DNA of 64,000 nucleotides from Zygnema circumcarinatum SAG 698-1b (Eukaryota > Plantae > Zygnematophyceae): contig CM074823.1 in assembly GCA_037447605.1 (NCBI GenBank), forward strand, positions 434,001 through 498,000, read 5' to 3'. Numbering within the stretch: the stretch's first letter is position 1; each line of letters opens with the position of its first letter. The translations under genes were made by a program, and so were the position numbers. Below, in pieces: positions 56,401 through 64,000 of this stretch. The notes under the pieces are model-generated. The model was not told where the DNA came from, did not search any database, and saw nothing but the letters and a program-made list of their open reading frames with translations.

Positions 56401-59400
56401 AGTTCCAGTCCCTGAGTCCCCCTATCCCTTAAACCCTAAACCCTAGACCCTTACCGAGTTCCAGTCCCTGAGTCCCCCCTATCCCTTAAACCCTAAACCC
56501 TAGACCCTTACCGAGTTCCAGTCCCTGAGTCCCCAATCCCACAAACCCTGAGCCCTAGACCCTTACTGAGTTCCAGTCCCTGAGTCCCCTATCCCTTAAA
56601 CCCTAAACCTCTAGACTTTACTGAGTTCCAGAACTCTGAGTCCCCCTATCCCTTAAACTCCTAAACCCTGTATTCCCTACTGAGTTCCAGTCCCTGAGTC
56701 CTCTATCCCTTAAAACTCCAAACTCCTAGACTCCTACTGAGTTCCAGTCCTGAGTCCCCTATCCCTTTAAACTCCTAAACTCCTAGACTCTTACTGAGTT
56801 CCAGTCCCTGAGTCCCTATCCCTTAAACTCCTAAACTCCTAGACTCCTACTGAGTTCCAGTCCCTGAGTCCTCTATCCCCTAAACTCCTAAACTCCTGGG
56901 GACCCTACTGAGTTCCAGTCCCTGAGTCCCCCCCTCTCCTTATACCCTTAAACCTAGTCCCTTACCGTGTGCCAGACCCTGAGTCCCACCGAGTTCCAGT
57001 CCCTGAGTCCCCCCTATCCCTTAAACCCTAAACCCTAGACCCTTACCGAGTTCCAGTCCCTGAGTCCCCCCTATCCCTTAAACCCCAAACCCTAGACCCT
57101 ACTGAGTTCCAGTCCCTGAGTCCCTGTATCCCTTAAACCCTAAACTCCTAGACCCTGGGCTCGAGTTCCCAGCGTCCCTGAGTCCTCTATCCCTTAAACT
57201 CCTAAAACTCCTAGACTCCTACTGAGTTCCAGTCCCTGAGTCCCCTATCCCTTTTAAACTCCTAAAACCCTAGACTCCTACTGAGTTCCAGTCCCTGAGT
57301 CCCCTATCCCTTAAAACCCTAAACTCCTAGACCTCTACTGAGTCTCCAGTCCCTGAGTCCCTCCCTATCCCTAAACCCAAACCTCAGACTCCTACCGAGT
57401 TCCAGTCCCTGAGTCCCCCCTATCCCTTAAACCCTAAACCCTAGACCCTTACCGAGTTCCAGTCCCTGAGTCCCCCCTATCCCTTAAACCCTAAACCCTA
57501 GACTCCTTACTGAGTTCCAGTCCTTGAGTCCCTCTGCATCCTTTCTTAAAACTCCTAAACTCCTAGACTCCGCCGAGTTCCCAGTCCCTGAGTCCCCTAT
57601 CCCTTAAACCCTAAACCCTAGACCTACTGAGTTCCAGTCCTGAGTCCCCCTATCCCTTAAACCCTAAACCCTAGACTTACTGAGTTCCAGTCCCTGAGTC
57701 CCCTATCCCTTAAAACTCCCAAACCCTAGACCCTACTGAGTTCCAGTCCCTGGAGTCCCCTTATCCCTCAAACCCTAAAACCCTAGACCCCTACCGAGTT
57801 CCATCCCTGAGTCCCCATCCCTTAAACCCTAAACCCTAGACTTACTGAGTTCCAGTCCCTGGAGTCCCTCTGTATCCCTTTTTAAACCCTAAACCCTAGG
57901 GACCTTACTGAGTTCCCAGTCCCTGAGTCCCTCTTTGCGACCTTAAACTCCTAAACCCTAGACTCCTACCGAGTTCCAGTCCCTGAGTCCCCCTATCCCT
58001 TAAAACCCTAAACCCTAGACCCTTACTGAGTTCCAGTCCCTGAGTCCCCCTGTCCCTTTAAAACCCAAACCCTAGACTCCTTACTGAGTTCCAGTCCCTG
58101 AGTCCCTCTATCCCTTAAACCCTAAACCTCTAGACCCCTACCGGAGTTCCAGTCCCTGGGAGTCCTCTCTATCCCTAAAACCCTAAAACTCCTAGACCTC
58201 CTACTGAGTTCCAGTCCCTGAGTCCCCTATCCCTAAACTCCTAAACTCCTAGACTCCTACTGAAAGTTCCAGTCCCCAGTCCCCTTTGTATCCCTTAAAC
58301 CCTAAACCCTAGACTCCTTACTGAGTTCCAGTCCCTGAGAGTCCCCCTATCCCTTAAACCCTAAAACCCTAGACCCTACTGAGTTCCAGTCCCTTGAGTC
58401 CCTGTATCCCTTAAAACCCTAAACCTCCTAGACCCTACTGAGTTCCAGTCCCTGAGTCCCCCTGTATCCCTTTAAACCCTAAAACCCTAGACCCTACTGA
58501 GTTCCAGTCCCGAGAGTCCCCCTATCCCTAAACCCTAAAACCCTAGACTTCACTGAGTTCCAGTCCCTGAGTCCCTGCATCCCTTAAACCCTAAACCCTA
58601 GTCCTTACTGAGTTCCAGTCCCTGAGTCCCCTATCCCTAAACCCTAAACCCTAGACCCTACTGAGTTCCAGTCCCTGAGTCCCTCCTATCCCTAAAACCC
58701 TAAAACCCTAGACCCCTTACTGAGTTCCAGTCCCTGAGTCCCCCCTATCCCTAAACCCCTAAACCCTAGACCCTACTGAGTTCCAGTCCCTGAGTCCCCC
58801 TATCCCTAAACCCTAAAACCTTGTGACCCTACTGAGTTCCAGTCCCTGAGTCCCCCTTGGTCCCTTAAACCCTGTAAACTCCTAGACCTCTACTGAAAGT
58901 TCCAAACCCTGAGTCCCCCTATCCCTTTTAAACCCTAAACTCCTAGACCCTTACTGAGTTCCCAGTCCCTGAGTCCCCTATCCCTAAACTCCTAAACCCT
59001 AGACCCTGGCCGAGTCTCCAGTCCCTGAGTCCCCCTGTATCCCTTAAACCCTAAACCCTAGACCCTACTGAGTTCCAGTCCCTGAGTCCCCTATCCCTTA
59101 AACCCTAAAACTCCTAGACCCTACTGAGTTCCAGTCCCTGAGTCCCCTATCCCTTAAACCCCTAAACCTAGACTCCTACTGAGTTCCAGTCCCTGAGTCC
59201 CCTATCCCTTAAACCCTAAATCCCTAGACTCCTTACTGAGTTCCAGTCCCTGAGTCCCCTCTTTGTATCCTTTAAACTCCTAAACCTTGTGACTCCTTAC
59301 TGAGTTCCAGTCCCTGAGTCCCCTATCCCTTAAACTCCCAAACCCTAGACCCTTACTGAGTTCCAGTCCCTGAGTCCCTATCCCTTTAAAACCCTAAACC

Positions 59401-61167
59401 CTAGACCCTACTGAGTTCCAGTCCCTGAGTCCCTATCCCTAAACCCTAAACTCCTAGACCCTACTGAGTTCCAGTCCCTGAGTCCCTCTTTATCCCTTAA
59501 ACCCTAAACTCCTAGACCCTACTGAGTTCCAGTCCCTGAGTCCCCTTTATCCCTAAACCCTAAACTCCTAGACTCCTTACTGAGTTCCAGTCCCTGAGTC
59601 CCTCTCTAGTATCCTTTAAACCTCCTAAACCTCCTAGGACTTCTTACTGAGTTCCCCAGTCCTGAGTCCCCTCATCCCTTAAACCCTAAAACCCTAGACT
59701 CCTTACTGAGTTCCCAGTCCTCGAGTCCTCCCTATCCCTTAAAACTCCTAAACCCTAGACTCCTTACTGAGTTCCAGTCCCTGAGTCCCCTATCCCCAAA
59801 ACCCTAAAACTCCTAGACTCCTTACTGAGTTCCCAGTCCGAGTCCCCCTATCCCTTTAAACTCCCTAAACCCTAGACTCCTTACCGGAGTTCCAGTCCCT
59901 GAGTCCCTTTGCATTCCTTAAACCCTAAAACCCTAGACTCCTTACTGAGTTCCAGTAGTCCTCTGGAGTCCCTCTCTGGTCCCTTTTAAACCTCCTAAAA
60001 TTTAGACCCTACTGAGTTCCAGTCCCTGAGTCCCCTATCCTTAAACTTAAAACTCCCTAGACTCCCTACTGAGTTCCAGTCCCTGAGTCCCCTATCCCTT
60101 AAACTCTAAACCCTAGACTCCTTACTGAGTTCCAGTCCCTGGAGTCCCCCTAGCCCCCAAACCCTAAACTCCTAGGACCTCTACTGAGTTCCAGTCCCTG
60201 AGTCCCCCTGTATCCCTTAAACCCTAAACCCTAGACCCCTACTGAGTTCCAGTCCCTGAGTCCCCTATCCCTTAAACCCTAAACCCTAGACCCTTACCGA
60301 GTTCCAGTCCCTGAGTCCCCCCTATCCCTTAAACCCTAAACCCTAGACCCTTACCGAGCTCCAGTCCCTGAGTCCCCCCCGTCCCTTAAACCCTAAACCC
60401 TAGACCCTTACCGAGCTCCAGTCCCTGGGTCGCCCCCATCACATAAACCCTAAACCCTAGACCCTACCGAGTCTCCAGTCCCTGAGTCCCCTGTATCCCT
60501 AAACTCCTAAACCCTAGACCCTACTGAGTTCCAGTCCCTGAGTCCCCTATCCCTTTAAACCTCCTAAACCCTAGACCTCCTTACTGAGTTCCAGTCCCTG
60601 AGTCCCCCCTATCCCTTAAACCCTAAACCCTAGACCCTTACCGAGTTCCAGTCCCTGAGTCCCCCCTATCCCTTAAACCCTAAACCCTAGACCCTTACCG
60701 AGTTCCAGTCCCTGAGTCCCCCCTATCCCTTAAACCCTAAACCCTAGACCCTTACCGAGTTCCAGTCCGAGTTCCAGTCCCTGAGTCCCCCCTATCCCTT
60801 AAACCCGAAACCCTAGACCCTTACCGAGTTCCAGTCCCTGAGTCCGCACGATCACTTAAAACCTAAACCCTAGACCCTTACCGAGTTCCAGTAAACCCTG
60901 AGTACCGAGTTCCAGTCCCTGAGTCCCTGAGTCCCCCCTATCCCTTAAACCCTAAACCCTAGACCCTTACCGAGTTCCAGTCCCTGAGTCCCCCCTATCC
61001 CTTAAACCCTAAACCCTAGACCCTTACCGAGTTCCAGTCCCTGAGTCCCCCCTATCCCTTAAACCCTAAACCCTAGACCCTTACCGAGTTCCAGTCCCTG
61101 AGTCCCCCCTATCCCTTAAACCCTAAACCCTAGACCCTTACCGAGTTCCAGTCCCTGAGTCCCCCCT
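50450..61167 (-). repeat. ~10.7-kb tandem array of a 57-bp unit (~185-190 copies by length) copying an exon end, the splice donor and TTTAGGG motifs
   Basis: Plus-strand unit ccttaccgagttccagtccctgagtcccccctatcccttaaaccctaaaccctagac. The rightmost copy is continuous with exon 61142-61279. Confidence 0.96.
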
Positions 61168-62700
61168 CTGTGGAGATGGCGACGAGGACGGGCTGATTGG
61201 CGACCGCCTTGAGAAGGGCGTCGGGGTCCTCCGCGGGGACGCGCTCCCAGGCAACGATCTCACTGGAGGAGAGCAAACTCTGCAAAAAAAAAAAGAAAAA
61301 AAAGGACTTCAGGACTCGAAGGTTTTAGTGCTTTTAGGGTTTTTAGAGTTCAGGTTGTCGGTTCAGGGGCCGAAATTCTTAGGATTTAGGGTTCGGGGTT
61401 TTAGGACTGACAAATTTTAGGGTTTTAGGGTTGACTTTTTTAGGATTAAGTTTAGGTTTGTAGGGTTGACTTATTTAAGGTTTTAAGTTTACGGTTAAGG
61501 GTTTTAGAGATGACTAATTTTAGGGTTAAGGGTTTTAGAGTTGACCTATCTTAGGTTTCAAGTTTAGAATTCAGGGTTTTAGAGATGACTCATTTTAGGG
61601 TTTATGGTTTAAGGGTTAACTTCTTTTAGGTTTTAAGTTTAGGTTTTTAGGGTTCCCTCCTCCCACCAGCTTAGTCTTGTCGCATTCGCCCTCAAAATTA
61701 TCCTCCGTGCCCAAAAACCGTACGGACGCGGCGTACTCGAGCGCGTCCTCGTGCCATCCGCCGGCGCACGAACTGTACGGACTGGCGCACTGCAGGAGCT
61801 GCTGTACGGACAACGGACTGCCGTCGTAGGTGACGGAGTCGAGGCCCATGGAGAGGAGCAGCGCCGCCTGGAGGGCGTCCGCGGAGGAGTACGCCCACGA
61901 CCCGGCTGGGAGGGAGGGAGGGAGGGAGAGGGAGGGCCACAAAACGACAAAAGAGTGAGGGAGAGGGAGGACCAGTAAACGACAAAAAAGGAAGGAAGAG
62001 GAAGGGATGGTCAGAAAACGACAAAAGACGAGGGAGATGGAGGACCAAAAAACGACAAACCAAGGAGGGAGAGGAAGGGAGGATCAGAAAAACGACAAAA
62101 GGCGAGAAAGGGAGGACCAGAAAACGAAACAAAAAAGGAGGGAGAGGAAGGGAGGGTCAGAAAACGACAAAGTAAAAGTAGGAGAGGAAGGCCCAACAAA
62201 CGACAAAAGAAGAGGGAGAGAAAGAGAGGGCCAGAAAACGACAAAAGACGAGGGAGAGGGGGGCAGAGGGTAGGAGGGGAGGGAAAGAGTAAGGAACGGA
62301 AAGTAGAAAGTGGGGAAGTGCTCAGTTACGGATATTAGGATTATCCTTTTACGAGAGGGAGAGAGGGAGGAAGGGAGAGAGGGAGAAAGGGAGAGGGAGA
62401 GATAGGATTGAAGGCGAGAAGGGGAGCGCAGAGAGAATGGCGGACAGGATGGGAGAGAGGGCATACGGAAGCTGTGGGAGAGGGAGAGGGAGANNNNNNN
62501 NNNGGGAGAGGGAGAGGGAGAGGGAGAGGGAGAGGGAGAGCGAGAGGGAGAGGGAGAGGGAGTGGGATAACCAACCCAAAGAGCGAGGAGAGGGAGTGGG
62601 TGGGAGGACGAGAAAAAGAGAGAGAGAGGAGGGGGAGGAACCAACCCTAACTCTTTAACGCTAAACAAAAAGTAAAGAGGGGGAGACAACTGAGTGGGCG

Positions 62701-62732
<32 letters not shown>

Positions 62733-63680
62733 ACACAGCGAGAGAGAGGGTGAGAGAGAGAGACAGCGAGAGCGAGAGAGAGAGAGAGAGAGGAGCCAAG
62801 AAACCCTAATTTCCTGAACCCTAAAAACTCACCACAACTGCCCTGGTCACGAACATAGTCGAAAAGGTTGGACCAATCGACCGAATCGGGGACGTCGGTG
62901 ACGCTCTCGAACCGAAAATTTTTGTTCAAATTTTTAACGGAGAGGGAGCGCTGATAGGAGTACTCGAGATTGAATTGGAGCCCAGAAGTGAAATTATTTT
63001 TGAGGGACAAAGCAGAGGGCGGAGGGGGGCTGAACCCGGTCGGGCAGTTCACCAATTTTGGAATATCGCAATGGCCGGAATTTTGGTCATACAAAAGAAT
63101 TCCGTCACATTTATCCGAACCCACTTGGGTGTTGTTCACACACGTGCAGAAAAATCTGCAAGAAAAAGAAAAAGGGGGAAAAAAAATTGAAGAAAAATGG
63201 AGTGCAGGGAAGGAGAGGGAGAGAGGAAAGAGAGACGGGGTTTAGGGTTTTTAGGGTTTGACTTGGGATCCTGAGTTGTCAGAAACCCTAGAATTTTTTG
63301 AATATCAAGACGCAGAGATTACAGTGGTAGTGACTCTCTCCCTCTCCCATCCACTATCTCTCTCTCGCTCTTTCTCTCTCCCTCTCTCTCTCTCTCTCTC
63401 CCCCTCCCCCTCCCCCTCTCTCTCTTTCTCTCTCTCTCTCTCCCTCTCTCTCTCTCTCTCTGTCTCTCTCTCACCCTCTCTCGCTCTCACTCTCTCTCTC
63501 TCTTGCGCTTTCTCTCTCTTTCTCCCCCTTTCCTCGAAACCCCTCCCCCTCCCCACCCTCCCTCCCTTCCCCCTCCCCACCCTCCCTCCCTCCGTGACGT
63601 CAGCACTACCTGCAGGGAGGCTGCTGCTTCACATCGGCAAAAGTTCCCGTTCCCTTTCCGTCGCAGCAGTTTGGAAAAAT
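61142..63680 (-). CDS. N-terminal exons (5' end outside the window): chitin-binding type-2 (CBM14) domain followed by a papain-like (C1A) domain with Cys25->Ser; probably the same gene as 38165-48491
   Basis: Exons 63610-63680 + 62833-63155 give C-DGKGTGTFAD..C-RFFCTC..C-DGILLYDQNSGHC-DIPKLVNC then VPDSVDW..VRDQGSC. Exon 61667-61905 gives AGSWAYS..LSVQQLLQC..CAGGW. Exon 61142-61279 gives WERVP..ALLKAVANQPVLVAI. Phases 0/2/1/0/0 are consistent. Confidence 0.82.
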
Positions 63681-64000
63681 CTGCAGCAAAAAAAAAATTA
63701 TAGAAAATCCAAGAAACAAAAAATATTAATAACTCAACAAACTAACTCTTCGACTGCTATGATGCTTTTACTACTTTTCGAGAAACTTAGGGTTCGGAGA
63801 AATACACATTAAAAAAGGGTTTCAAATTCAGTTTTCACTTCTTAGAAAACCTTACGATTTAGAGTTTCAAAAAAAATCGTTTTTAGTTTGTTCATGGTAT
63901 TTTCTAAAAATTAAGATCTTTTGATCTTCAGGAGTTCCAATTTTTCCAAATTTTAGGGTTTCCTTAAAAGCTAAATTCCCTCCTTCCCTCCCCTGCCCTC

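Noticed and set aside
50450-61167. CRISPR array or true chromosome telomere
   Set aside because: Units are head-to-tail with no unique spacers and no cas genes. The array is internal, flanked by exons, and only part of the unit is TTTAGGG.
61667-61905. Calling the Ser-type papain a silicatein
   Set aside because: Cys->Ser arose repeatedly in C1A proteins, and the His and Ser-cluster region needed to judge is not visible.

Overview
Eukaryotic, intron-rich genomic DNA with plant-type (TTTAGGG) telomere-like motifs in many introns and about ten 10-N assembly gaps. The gene set and domain content suggest a streptophyte green alga (Zygnematophyceae-like); this assignment is an inference. From left to right the window holds: (1) two decayed Ty3/Gypsy copies on the minus strand (~1-3964) plus LTR-like sequence; (2) an 888-bp non-autonomous hAT element with 21-bp TIRs and an 8-bp TSD; (3) an 18-exon cytosolic phosphoglucomutase (-); (4) a Nodulin-like/NFD4-type MFS transporter (+); (5) a RAD54B-type SNF2 helicase (-) divergent from (6) a peroxisomal (SKL) enoyl-CoA isomerase (+); and (7) a probably secreted mosaic locus on the minus strand (38165 to beyond 63680). 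The mosaic exons encode CBM14 chitin-binding domain - papain-like domain with catalytic Cys replaced by Ser - 2x legume lectin - F-type (fucose) lectin - Ser/Pro rod - 2x EGF - 4x LysM. Six consecutive exons are phase 1-1 modules. One intron of this locus contains a ~10.7-kb array of a 57-bp unit that is a copy of the gene's own exon end, 5' splice donor and telomere-like intron start. The multi-lectin/pseudo-protease locus and the splice-donor-seeded satellite are the main novelty candidates. Whether the protease half and the lectin half form one transcript is not proven, because at least one linking exon is missing.
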